A stretch of DNA of 64,000 nt from Lama guanicoe (taxonomy: Eukaryota): contig MU054541.1 of assembly GCA_013239625.1 (NCBI GenBank), positions 16,776,567-16,840,566 on the forward strand, read 5' to 3'. Position numbers and translations under genes: made by a program. Positions 36,161 through 48,502 of the stretch are shown here, in pieces; position 1 is the stretch's first letter, and every line of letters starts with the position of its first letter. Below the pieces are notes generated by a model that did not search any database, had not been told where the DNA came from, and saw only the letters and a program-made list of their open reading frames with translations.

Positions 36161-39100
36161 ATCCCGACTGCTGTTCCCGCGGCCGCGGTTGCGTCTGCAG
36201 AGGGAGGGTCCGTCTGCGGCCGCCTGACCATTAAGGTGTAATGATGACAAAGGAGTGATAAGGCGCGGAGTGCATAAAGGGACAGCCTCTTGTCCCTCTT
36301 GAGCAGGTTAAAGATGTTAAGCTCTCAGAGCGTGGTAACTGGTGGTTACGGCAGGAAAGATGCGGCCAGGGAAGTCCCGGAGCAGCAGCAGGGAGTGCGG
36401 GCAGAGGAGCATTCTCGCTCCCGCTGTTCGTGGGGTGTTGAATCCCCGGAGGTCAAGTAGGGACTAAACTCTGAGCACGAAAGCTTTTCCGAGGTGGGGG
36501 ATTTAGTTCCTATGCTCATCCTTTGCGGAAGAAAACGTTTCCTGTAGAGAATTCGGTTTAGAAAGAAAGGCAGAGAATATGGGAAAAGAAATGCCAGAAG
36601 CTGGGGGGGGAACCAGAGCCTTTTGAGTGAAGTCCAGCTGATGGAGACTCGGTGCTGAAGCGGGAGCCGGCCGGCAGGGAAGACCGCCTGCGGGGGCGCC
36701 GTACACGGTGTGCGGCTGGGGTGACATCCTCCGCTGAGATCACCGTATGTCGGGGGGTGAGGGCCACCGGAGACTTGTGCCAGGACCTCTGGGTGTGCTG
36801 TCGCTGGGCAGACACTTGCGCGCACACTTACAGCAAGTACAGGTAAGTTCAGTGTGAACTCAGCTCCAGGTGGGGCGGCTGCCCTTGTGGTGAGACGGCG
36901 CTGGGGCTGAGGAAGGACAGGACACAAAGGGGGAAGCAATGGTGAGACTAGGGGCCTGGGGATGGAAGAACCGCTCCTTCGGGGTCAGGCTACCTGCTGA
37001 GACCGTGAGCTGGGAAGAGGGCATCTCCCCGACTTGCTAGTGGGGACAGTGCTCGGCCCACGGAGGTCAGGACGCGTGTAGCCCCAGACTCTCGGGGGTT
37101 CCTGTCCAGGAGGGTGACCGTGGTTCCTCCTTCGAGTAGTTTAATGCCAGGAGGGTGAAGACACCAGTCAACTGGTTTTGAGGACATTTAACACTTCCCG
37201 GGACCCCCAGGTTTGTTGGGGGTCAGCGGGCCGGGTGCTGGGTCTGCAGGAATCGGACACGCGGGCCTCTCTGACCTCATTGATGGGTTCAGGCCGCTGG
37301 ACTCTGAGGCATCCGGTCACCTGAATACTTTAAGTTGTGCCTGGATCGTGTTGGAGTCTGGGCTCAGCCTCTCTCAGCACATTTCTTGTCCCCTTCACGC
37401 AGCCCTGGGTCAGTGCACACTTCCAGGTGCTGCCCTACGCACATTCCTGGTCCGGACAGACCTTATGACGGGCCCGGTGAGGACCCCCCGGTGAGCACAA
37501 GTTCACCTTGAAGAAGGCTGTTTTCTGCCGGAATAGGCGTAACATTCCAATCCCACTTACAAATGTCCAGTAAATTTAAGGTTTCTCACAAGGCGCTGAA
37601 GCAGGACGTGCCCGAGGGGAAGCGGCCCACCGTGGGCTGTGGTTAAGGACGTGGAAACCCGGTCTGAGCGCAGAGGAGCGCTTCCTGGGCTGCCGTGAGG
37701 AGGTAGGCACTCGGCAGTTTTATCAACGAGGCGGACGCCTGTGCCCACAGGCTGCGACAGAAGGCCGCCTCGGGGGTCACAGGAAGAGCCTCCGTCCTCG
37801 CAATGAATTTGTGCAGAAGACGCCAGCCTCCTGTCAGGGAAGAGGCAGAGCCCCTCAGAGGCACGCTGGTTAAGCTTTTTGGAGGAAGGCAGGATGGATG
37901 CCCTTGGGAACCTCGGTGCCCGTCTGCACCCATGTGACAGCGTGGGGCGGTCATCTTGGGGGTTTGTGATGGACACTTCATCTGAAGTGCTGAACACTTA
38001 GGGGCATCTCAAAGCTGCCAGCAAAGGGAAGTGTCCCTTATAGGAAGTGTGTGTGAGTCAGGGAACTGGAAGTATTGTAAAGGTGAGTATAATGTGCCCT
38101 TCCTTGCCGGCCCCGTAGTGGGCCAGGAGAGCCTGCGTGCAGTGACAGGTGCACCTCCGCCCAGCAGGCAGCTCGGGGGGCCTGGGGGCGCGGCTGATGG
38201 CTGCAGCCGCGGAGGTCGGCGGTTCTGGAGTGAACTTGCCCCCCAGAAGGAACGTTGCAGGACCTGAGTGTCCCCACCACCCCAGGGTGTGCACGGTGCC
38301 TCCACCAGCGGGAGGCTCAGGGCTGTGGGTGCCCTTAGAGGGTAGCCTCACCTAGGGGGGCGTCCGGGGCAGCCCTGCTCTTCTCTTGCCTGCAGCTGGG
38401 GGCTGCACCGCCCTGTGGCCCCGTCCCCAAGGCCTCCGGCCGACACTGGCTTGATGCCCCCAGCGTGTCCTCTTTCCCTGGCTGGACTCTGAGGGCTTCC
38501 AACTCTGGGATCTTCAAGCACAGTCGTTCCTGAGAAGCAGGGAGGCTCCTGCGACGACGGCCCGCGGGTTTCAGGCTTTAACCAGCAGCGGTGAGAACGG
38601 CGGACGCGTGGTCCCCACCGCGTGCAGGCCCTCTGCTCTTCACCTTGATCCTCAGGTCAGATGACCGAGCCGTGGTGGGAGACCCCGGGAGCGGCTGGGC
38701 TGCCTTCCCGTCGGAGGTGAGGCCCCAGCGGGGCCGCCTCACTTCCCAGAAGGAGCCTCTTTCCTGCCCGATCATTTTCCTTCAGACCTTTGTTCCCATT
38801 TAATTTTTTTTTTTTTTTGTCCTTTACTTTCTTGGCTTTTCTTCTTTAGTTTAGCTAAATGCATATTTAATTTGTGAAAAAATAAAACAGAGAAGCACAG
38901 TGTGGAAGCTTCTTTCCCGTGAACCACAGGCGCCGCGCCCCAGGCCCCGGAGGCTCTTCTGGGAGGGGGCGCAGCTGCTGCATGTCTAGCCTGTCTTGTC
39001 CCCGTTTTCTGTCAGGTCGAGCATTTGCATCAAAGCCTTTTGAAGGTTTTCTTGCTTTGCAGCCTCCCTGCTGAAGTGGCTCTGAGCCGGCACTGTGTTT

Positions 39101-39752
39101 TAAGGCTCCTTTGGGTATGAATTTACATGCAGCGGCCCTGCCCTGCGTCTCGGGTGTCAGGACAGCGCTGAGTCCAGACGGGCCTAGAGACCAGGGCCAT
39201 CCCCGAGGTCGGAGTCCAAGCGTCGTCCAGAGGAGCGCACACACGGCCGGTCTGAAGCAGCTCCGGCCTCGGTTCTGGGTTACGGCCCAAACGTGATGCA
39301 CGATGGGGGTTAAGGCATTGTTTAATGTTACTAAATCATTTCTATAGAAAAGGTGATTTCAAAAGATGATGTACATTCTCTGTCACCCGGTGCATCTTTC
39401 ATTCCTACATAAATCGAGTGTTTCTCCTGAGGCACAAAGTCTCACCCTTCTGCCTCTTGTTCCTCATCTCCCGGAGGGGGTAATAAGGCTCTGGAGATTT
39501 TTAGATCAGGTTAGTGGGAGGGGAGCCTCGGGTTGAGAGGAGCCCTGGATGACTGTGCAGCAACGCCCCGAAAGAACGGGGAGGGAATCAGACTCTGCAC
39601 TGATTGAGGCTTAAAAATGGCAAAACTCAGACAACCTTACGCAGAGTAAAAAGGTGGATGTGCATTGTCCTCCACAGGAAGCACAGAGGTTTGTCAGAGG
39701 CCCTGCTCCCCACCCTCCCATGCTCCCAACCTCTTCCCTCCCCTCCCCAACG

Positions 39753-39848
39753 GCCTCCCTGCCTCCCAGCCTCCCCCAGAGCCTCCCAGCCTCCTTGCCT
39801 CCCAGCCTCCACTGGAGCCCAGCCTCCCAGCCTCCCTGCCTCCCTGCA
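39753..39848. repeat. Imperfect (GCCTCCCW)n 8-bp tandem repeat within a C-rich tract
   Basis: gcctccctgcctcccagcctccc...gcctcccagcctccttgcctcccagcctcc...gcctcccagcctccctgcctccctgc. Confidence 0.85.
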
Positions 39849-40269
39849 TGGAGGCCCTGGAGACCCCGAGCCCACCCTGGCTGCGGCCTGCTCCTCCAGC
39901 CCCACCACCCTCTCCTTTTCCGTCACCACTGCTTGTTCCCCATCTGCAGGGTCCCTCCACATGCAGCCAAGGGGTTCGATTCTGTTCTCTTGCCAACTTC
40001 CCTCCTCGATCTCAGTCGGCCTCGGCCTTGGGACTGGAAATGCCCTCCCCTCCCCAAAGCCAGACCAGCAGTGCCCTCTGCCTTCGATGAGGACAGGCCG
40101 TCTCAGGAGGGGCTCAGTGCCCCCCATGTCCTTGTCCCCAGGGGCTTGGGCAGCGCAGCTGGTGAACAGAGAGACTCAGGGTCACAGTGTGTTTCTGCAG
40201 AGCCCGCTGCACAGGCCTGTTCTGATCTGGTGGATTTTGTCTTTGTCGGGGCGGGCGGGTTTGACTGAG

Positions 40270-40435
40270 GCCCAGGTTCTCGGTGGGGCACTTTGCCCCC
40301 CGGGGAACTGCCGAGTCTGGAGAGGGTTGGCTGTGGCACTGGGTCGGGGGGCTCCTGGCCCCGGGGTGGAGGCTCCGGGCGCAGGGAGGCCCCCAACAGA
40401 AGGGAACCCTGCGGCCCGAGTGCCTGTTCTGAACG
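40270..40435. mobile_element. MER20-like element, GC-enriched
   Basis: ggttctcggtggggcactttgccccccggggaactgccgagtctggagag...cccccaacagaagggaaccctgcggccc. Confidence 0.6.
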
Positions 40436-42359
40436 AGGACGGAGGAATTTGACTGATCAGCTCTCAGGAGGGAGGCGCTGAGCTTTGGATGGAAACAGCA
40501 AAGCAGTTGGAACCTTTCTCTTTAAACATATTTATGAAGCGTTGCCCGAGGTGGCAGCTCCCAATGAAGCGCAGTGTGAAAGGCCCGTTGTGCGGCTGCC
40601 CGGCTGCGGCGCGCCCGGGGGTCCTGAGTACCTGCCGGGACGCGGTGTTGCCCTTGGCAGGGCCCGGCGGCAAGTGCGGCCCGGGTGCTCTGATCTCCGC
40701 GGTCGGCGCCGGCAGCCGCGACCTTCCCGGTGTCTCCTCTTCTCCGCCCTGTCTGCGCCGAGCCCGGCCCAGGCCCTTCCCAGCGGGCGGCAGAGATCAC
40801 CCCGCGCTGAGGCGGGGCCCCCAGGCCGAGGTCGTGTGGGGTTCACGATAAACTGGAGCCATTTCTCTTCTCCAGTGAATGTCGTCCAAACTGTCTTTGT
40901 ACTTTATCTAACTCCAAAGAAAATCTTTAACTCAAGCACTTTCGGATGAGAGGCTGGGCAGTGGAATAGAATCTTTATTAGAGAAATTTTGGTTCCTTCG
41001 CATGCTGTCTGGATGCTGACGGGACGCGGGCACACACGCGCGTGGGTGTGCCCCTCGCAGGCCCGTGCAGGAGCTCACACCGGGCAGGCAGGAACCACTC
41101 TGCACTCAGAGCAGCTTTGCCTCTTAGGAGGTGGACGGTGTGACTGCGGGGCCAGGAAGGAGCAGGCGATGCAGGGCTGTCCCTGCTGGGGCCCCCGGGG
41201 CCCCATGTTTCTGCCTTTGGTGCCACTCCATCGTCCGAAGATGTCCAGTGTTGCATTTTGTATTTGAAAAAAGCTTCTGTTACAGTAACACTTCGGGGTG
41301 GAGATTCCGATTCTTCAGATGCTCTAGTTCTTTAGTTTCGGTGAGTGCTACTGTCCACCTCTTGAACTTTAATGCTGGCAATTGAAGGAACGTGCGTTAT
41401 AAGTTTTGCAGTTCTTTTCCTTCAGTTTCTGTTGTAGAAGATACCTGACCGTGGGAGTGGTACGCTGCGCACTTTGTGACGTCAGAATAGGTTTGACTGA
41501 ACGAGGACTGTGTGTGGACGTGCGTGCACACTGATGTCTGAATTAGGCGTGGGAGTAAGCCAGGGAGCCCAGAACCGGTTCTGGCGCCTCCTCCGAGCTG
41601 TCGCCCCCTCGCCGTGCCGCCTGGCTCAGCAGTGGGTCCTGGTCACCGGGCCCAGACCACGGCCGGGAGGGTCCACGAAGACCAGGCGATCCTGCAGGTC
41701 GGAAGTTCATGTGGGAAAGGTGTGGTCTGCCTGGTCCTGGACGGAATTGCCACAGAGGACTGTGTCGGGCAGGGAGGCCGCGCAAGCAGAGCAGACAAGT
41801 GCCTGGCTTCACGTGTGTTTCAGGTCCGGGTGCCCCTTGCACACACTCCGTAGGAAAGAAAACAAAAGCCACATTTCCCTGAAAGTCTAACATGAAAATA
41901 AAAGTGAATACATCCAGGATAGCACCGTTACTCAGCGTATCCAGACGTGCAGGGAAGTGAGTTCATTTACTTCTCGAGGTCTGTCTTCATCTTCCTGGCA
42001 GGCCCCCCACGGGCGGGGGGGCCCTAGGGACGCCGACGTGGTGCCCGGGCCTGTGGGCGTAGCGAGAAGCAGTCTCTTTAACAGGGCTTGGGGCTGCTCA
42101 GCCTCGAATTAGAAGGACTGGTTTGGAGCCTTAACATCAAAGTGGGAGCAGAACTGTGTTAACGTGGGGCGGGGGTGGTGGGGCAGGCGGCAGGGGTCAG
42201 CGTCTCTGCGCCCCCCCACCTCCCGGAAACCAGCCCGGCCTTCTCAGGAGGAGGCCGTCCTCCTCAGACGTCCTCTGGTTTCCAGCAGGTTGAGACCACT
42301 GACCACGAATTCGCGGCGTCGCCCGCACACAAGGGAACCAACCACCGTCAGTCACAGTC

Positions 42360-43060
42360 CCCAGAGAAGCAGGACATCAGTCCCCGAAGGGCTTTGAACG
42401 TTAGAATCATCCAGCTAGATGCACAAGTATTGACCTGTTTAAATAAAACGAAAAATCATAAAGAAACAAACAACAACAGAGTATTAAAAAAAAACCTGAC
42501 AGATTTGAAAAAGAGAGAGAACTTTAGACATAAAAAAATTACACTCTATTGCAGAGAAAGGCAAAGAGATGAAAATTTAAAAGAAATTAAGAGATTGGAA
42601 GGTAAAACAGGAAGGTCTCATAACATTCTTTCCCAGAAGGAAATGGAGAAAATAAAATGGGAAGTAGAAAAGCGTGGAGACGGCTGCTGAGGAGTTTCCA
42701 GACCTGTATCGAAAGCACGGGTTAGGGAAGCACCATCTGCCCCGAGCGGAAAACCTCGTCAGGCACACGGAGTCGAACGGAAGCTCCAGGATGCGGAAGG
42801 CGGAGAGGGTGCCTTTAACGAGAGGGAAGAGGATGAGGGACAGCTTCGTGGCCCTGCGCTTACCGGGAGCAGGAGGTGGAAGCCAGAGGACAGGGAGAGT
42901 GCCCTCGGTGTGCAAAGAGAAAGTAAGCTTCCACCAGGGATGGTGTAATTGGCATAGCTGTCTTTCAGATCTGAGCCAGGCACTTTCTCACTTTAAAGGA
43001 ACTTCTGAAGATGCATTTTGAGAACGGAATTATGCCAGAGGATTCAGGAAGGCAGGATGG
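42360..43060 (+). mobile_element. Ancient L1/HAL1 ORF1-region relic
   Basis: A-rich tract giving the Lys/Glu-rich track ORF 42175..42690. Motifs gctgaggagtttccaga and ggaagccagaggacaggga resemble degenerate L1 ORF1. Confidence 0.55.
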
Positions 43061-43336
43061 GAGAGAGGCTGCGCCCAGCATTTCCAGTCCCAAATGCCGA
43101 GCAGATGCGTCCTCTCTGAGGAGGGAGACCCCGGGAGCTGTCCAGGTCAGTGAGGCAAACTAGCACCGCTGAGACTGCGAGGAGACCGACCGCCTTTAAA
43201 CTGATCGCTCACCACCGGCAGCCTGACTGTTGAGCTCAGGGGAGGCGTGGAACTACCCGTCAGCAACGTAAGATGGTCTAACGAGGCCTGATTTGTGTTC
43301 TGTCGTCTTTGTCCAAATATTATAACCTTTGATCCT

Positions 43337-43735
43337 TAGAATAGGTTGAATGGGGCCCTCAAAACGATACACCACACGATATGCCGGAGCCTGAGTGTGA
43401 GCTCGTTCGCCACGCGGGCCTTTACGGGGCGATCAGTGGAGGACCTTGAGATGAAGGCGTCGCCCTGGATTGCCAGGGTGGACCCTGGATCCAAGGACAC
43501 GTGTTGTTCCAGGAAGCAGAAGCGGCGAGGACACAGGTGCTCAGAGGAGAAGGCGATGCAGCTGCGAGCAGGGAAACTCGGACGCAGGAAGAGGCGGAGA
43601 AAGGCTCCTTCCTGGATCCCCAGAAGGAGCGTGGCTCCTGGAATTTCAGATCACGGCCTCCAGAACTGGGAGACAGCGCGTTTCAGCTGTTTTAAGCCAC
43701 TCAGCTTTTGTAACTTGATACGACACTGCTAATGG
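43337..43735 (+). mobile_element. MLT1 (B/C/D-like) solo LTR, ERVL-MaLR
   Basis: ggttgaatggggccctcaaaa...ggaccttgagatgaagg...ccctggatt...ggcctccagaactgggagac...gctgttttaagccactcag are hallmark MLT1 segments. Confidence 0.85.
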
Positions 43736-44573
43736 TTAAATGTATACTTTTATCAAAAAACAAACTCACCGAAGAAGCATGATTCTGAGTCTGCAGTAAC
43801 ACGGCGCTGAAGCCAGTCTCTCTGGTGTGCCTGCCGTCTTCCCCGGCTCCCGTGGCGGGGGTGTGCGGTGAGACGGGTGCGGCTGTGGATGGTCTGCCTC
43901 GTGTGGTCGGGGCCCCTGGCGTGCTCAGGGCTGTGTGCTGCTTGCCTCAGCTGCACAGTTGCTGGCGCGAGCTGCTCCCTTGCCTGGTGGCCAAGGAGGT
44001 GGCGCCGCCCCTGCCTGGCGCCTCCTGGTGTCCGCTGCTGCCCAGCCCTCTCCCCTGGGCTCCCAGGGCGAGTTGGCCCGGCGCCACCTGCCTCCGCTCT
44101 GCGAACAGTAGACGTGGTGCCTCGTCATTTCTCGGGCTTCTTCCTGGCTGGGGTCTTCTAGTTCAAGGTCTCAGATTCAAGTATGTGTTTAAAGTAATTA
44201 GGCGAGTTCCGCCTTCTGTGCCCTGTGACGCATCACCACGGGGCTGGTCTGATCGGGGAGGGGCGCCTCCTGCATCGCAGGCCGGTTGGCGAGACAGCGC
44301 GGACGCGCAGTCAGGGAGGCGGGCGCGGGTGAGGCTCATCCTGACCATGGGCGGTCTTTGCTGCCTCTCTCTCCTCACCTGCACGTCGGGGATGGTTGGA
44401 CCAAGGGACCACGAAGGTCTCAGCCCTCACGTTTAATGATTTTTTTATAGTTCTTGCCTAGAAACAACAGTCTTGTGTGATGAGCAAAAATGAGAGTGAA
44501 TTGGAAAAAAAAATTGTGAGCCTCTCTCAAGAAATAACTAGTGAAATGTATGGTAGCCATAGTAACATTGAAA

Positions 44574-46269
44574 ATTAATCTGAAAATTCAGAAATGTTAC
44601 ACTTACAGCAATAACATCAAAGAGAATTGAGGACTTAGGAACAAATTTAACAAAAGGAGTGGCAGCCTTATTCTCTAGAAACTGCTGAATATCGCTGAAA
44701 GCAATTTCAGAAGACCTGAATGAATGGAAAGACACCCTGTGCCCACGAACTAGAAGATGTTAAGATGTTAACTAGAATCATTGTTAAGATGGCCAGTAAT
44801 CCCGTGTCGATCCACAAATTCAACATAATCCCTCCAAAATCCCAGTTGGTGTTTTTGCAGAAATTAACAAGATGATCCTCACATTCGTACAGAAATTCAA
44901 GGAACCGAGAGCAGCTAAAACAGTCTTAAGAAAGAACACAGTTGAGAGACTCAACACTTCTTGATTTTAAACCTTACCGTAAAGCTATGGTAATCAAGAA
45001 TGTGTGGGACTGTTGTGAACACAGATATTTAGATCAATGGAATAGAACTGAAAGTCCGAAATAAACCCATATACCTGTGGTTAACTGATTTTCTCTAAAG
45101 GGTTCAAGACAGTTCTGATGGGAGGAAGCATAACCTTTTCAGCAAACGCGTAGCTCCGGGACAGCCGTGCGTCCAATCAGAGGAACAAGGTTGGACCCTG
45201 TCATCCTACCACACGCAAAAGCTAACAGAGATTGGGTCAAATACCTACACATAAGAGTGAAATTAACAAAATTCATTTAAAAAGTAGGAGGAACTCTTCA
45301 TGACCTTTGCTGGGCAAAGCCCTTCTGGATACGACAGGAAGAGCTCATACTGCCGAAAAAATAGATACAGACAGATTGGACTTTATCAAAATTTAAAACC
45401 TTTTGTGTCTCAAAGGACACCAGCAAGAAAATGAGAAGATAACCTGCACAATGAGAGGAAATACTTGCAACTTGTGTATTTGGTAGAGGACCGGACCTAG
45501 TCCGTATGAAGAGCTTACAGCTCCATATTCAGAAGACAGGTAACACGCTTGAAAGACGAGCCCGGATCTGAAGGGACATCTGTCTAAAGAAGACGCACCA
45601 GCAGCCAGTGGGTGTGGACACGTGGCTGCTTGGTGTCGTCAGCCGTCAGCGAAGTGCATGTCACGCCACCGCGAGACGACACCCAGCGCCCACTCGCCGA
45701 GGCCGCGGAGGAACGAGCGCCCAGCCCCCGGGTGGACCGCAGTGTGGCCCTGGCCCACTGCCCTGCCGGCAGGGTCTGCCCAGGAGCTGCGTGCACCCGG
45801 CACCCGGCACCCACGCCCGGCTGGAGCCCCGGTGCTCATGGCAGCGCGCTTCACCACACGCGAAAGTGGGAAGCCACCAGCCGTCCGTCTGCTGAGGAGG
45901 GACCGATGAAGTGTGGTCCAGCCACGTTACAGAACACCCTTCCGCCACGGAGACGGAAGGCAGTACTGATTCATGTGACACGGGTGGACCCGAAAGTGCG
46001 AGACTGAGTAAGAGAAGCCAGAGGACCACGTGCCCTGCGACCCCGCGGGTGGGAGGCGTTCGCGCATGCAGACCTCTGGTGACCGGCGGTGAGCGAATGG
46101 CTGCCGAGGGCTGGGTGGAGCAGTGGGGCGGGGCGGCTTCCTCCTGGGGCGACGGCGACGCTCTGAACCTGCCTGCAGTGCTGGCTGCCGGTTGGTGGAT
46201 GTTGTACGCTGTAAGTGGGCGAATTGTATGGTATGTGATTTATATCTTAACGAAGCTGTTGCAAGTAAA
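44574..46269 (+). mobile_element. 5'-truncated old L1 (L1MB-like), ORF2 3' half + 3' UTR, with TSD
   Basis: ttaggaacaaatttaacaaaagg...gaagacctgaatgaatggaaagac...aaagctatggtaatcaaga...tagatcaatggaatagaactgaaagtcc; 3' end gaattgtatggtatgtgatttatatcttaacgaagctgtt. TSD aacattgaaa at 44564-44573 and 46270-46279. Confidence 0.9.
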
Positions 46270-46619
46270 AACATTGAAATTCGGTTTTAAGAACTAGAAA
46301 TTTCCAGTAACTTTGGTTGTCCAAGGTGCTCTCTGGGCGCAGGGGAGAGCGGCTGTGTACCCCAGTGTGCCGTCCCACGTCTGGCTGCGGGGAGGCCCCG
46401 GCTTTGCGGTCACACAGCCACCGATGTGAATCCCTCTTTAGAATGGCCAGTGTGCGGGGCTTCCCCGAATCTCAGCTTCTTCAGCTACAAGACAAGGGTA
46501 ACATTCTTAGCTCGTGGGTCTCCCTGGAAGTCGAGTTCATGCATCTGAAGAGCTCAGCACCGTGTTGCGAGCGATGGCCGTCGTGGGAGGGGCGGTGGCC
46601 CTGGGCCCTGCGGCGTCAC

Positions 46620-46945
46620 AAGGGCTTCGAGGGAGGCCTGTGCGTGTGCTGCCCTTCTGCCGGATCCCTGCCCCGCTCACCGCCCTCCGGCCCTTCCTGA
46701 CCTGCCAGCACACTCAGTCCAGGCTGCTCTCCTGAGGGGTGTTCCCCGCCCCACCCGGCACCTGTGCGGCAGACCCGGGCGGTCTCCGTCCCTGCAGGCC
46801 TGCCGTGTCCCGGCTGGCGGCTCCGCTCCGCTTGTCCCTGGCGCCCTCTCTGCGCTCCGTGAGGACGGGGCTGCCTCTGCGTCCCGACGTCGCGGCTCAG
46901 TGCTCGTGCTTAGTGCCCTCAGCGCCGGTGGAGGGAATGACCGTG
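46620..46945 (+). mobile_element. L2 3'-end relic, heavily GC-enriched
   Basis: gcgctccgtgaggacggggctgcctctg...cagtgctcgtgcttagtgccctcagcgccggtggagggaatga follows the L2 terminal pattern. Confidence 0.5.
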
Positions 46946-48471
46946 AGGGCCGACCTGGACTGCGTGGACAAGGTCGCTGGTTTCCACTGGATGCCTGAAC
47001 GTGAGTTTACGGGCCGGTAGAATCGCCTGAGCCGTGTGTGGGGAACGCCGTCTGGTGATTGCGTCACAAATTCATCTGGTAAACTTTGGAATGCGAGTGC
47101 AGTCCTGACATGAAAATACAAGGAGAGACCACGTTTAACTACACATTCAAATTTGTTACAAGTTAGTAGAAAATAAAAGACTGCTGACTGGCGACCGGGT
47201 GAGGAGGACCGATGCTCCTGGTAAGTACTTCATTTTCAAAGGCTCTTCTCTGAAGGAGCATGCATGCGTGTGTTTTATAAACAGCCATGCGACGTTGAAA
47301 CTGAATTTCGTAATGTACTCTATAAACTGCTAGAGAAACTGAAAGGTAGGATTTCCATGGACGTCGCGTTGTCGTGTTTCACGACGTGGCGTTGGTATAA
47401 ATGTGGACACAGAGTTTGTATGTGAGTCTAGTGTATGTTTGAACTTGTGCTGGGCTATGTTCTTGCCAGAATTTAGAAAACCTATTCAGAAAAACTCCCC
47501 GGACCTCTGTGCCAGTTTCTCTGGAAGCCAAAGCCTTTGTTGTAGCATTCACCTCCCTGTTCCATCTGCAAAAGAACAAAGCCAACGTTACTGAGATGTA
47601 ATAAACGGAGATAACAATCTGTCTGCACTGCATGAAGGAGCCGTTGCTGACGAGCTCGCATGCGTGTCACTGCCCGGAGAGGGTGCGCTGCCCGGTGTTT
47701 TGTGATCACCGTGCCTGGACACAGGGGCCTGGATAAAATTGGCTCAGAAGTGCCTTTTAATCTTGTCCTCTTTGTGATCTCTTAAAAGCGGGCAGAGGCT
47801 TTCGTTCAGGACCAGAGAACATTAAAACCGTTTCACTACGTTCTTTAGTTTATGGCACCTTCCGTCCGACCGTTTCAGAGTGTTTGTACCGAGCTCAGGA
47901 CTGCTTTCCCGCGACGGCGCGGGGTGAGCGCGAAGCGGCACTGCAGCGCGCGCGGAGCCGCCGAGAGGCTGGGCCCCAGCGCCGAGGGCCGTGCGGCTCC
48001 TCGGCGAGGGCGAGCAGCGCTCGCGGCAGCCGGTGCGTTTCTCGTCCGTTTCTGTGAGTTTCGCCCTTTCTCCCCACGAGCCCCCAAACAGCTTTATTAA
48101 TAGGAATATGTGATGCTTATGCTCTTGAAGATACCAGGGTGGTCTCAGGCCCCGGCATCTCCCCTCACACGGGCCTGCTGAATTCTCTGTTTAAAAGTGG
48201 CGTTCCGAGAGCTTTTCCCTGGCCCGGCGCCCGGGTCCCGTGTCGCGGCCGTGGACGGGGAATGTTGAGACGTCCCCCAGAGGGGAATGCTTGTCATGAG
48301 CGTACCGCTGGCGTGACACTCGGCCTCGAGCTTCTGGACTCGTCTGGATGGCAGTTAAGGTCGCTGTCTTTTTTCTTTTCTCCTCTTACTATTTTAAAGG
48401 AGGGGAAGAATGAAAGAAATGCCCGGAGGCTGAGATCGAGTTTGGGTCACCAAACCGTTAAGCGTCAAGTC

Positions 48472-48502
48472 TACTGACAATACGTCTTCTGTCTCTTTTT
48501 AG
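48472..48502 (+). promoter_or_regulatory. Branch point (TACTGAC), polypyrimidine tract and 3' splice site of GMDS intron 6
   Basis: Near-consensus branch motif with A at 48477, 25 nt before the end of the AG. Confidence 0.72.

Noticed and set aside
39604-40452. Longest track ORF (282 aa, Pro/Ser-rich)
   Set aside because: Non-ATG start. It runs through the CCTCCCWG tandem repeat and MIR/MER20-like relics, and has no recognisable domain. The open frame is explained by GC richness.
42175-42690. Lys/Glu-rich 171-aa ORF suggesting a coiled-coil protein
   Set aside because: Derives from an A-rich degenerate L1/HAL1 ORF1 relic, with a non-ATG start and no splice or promoter support.
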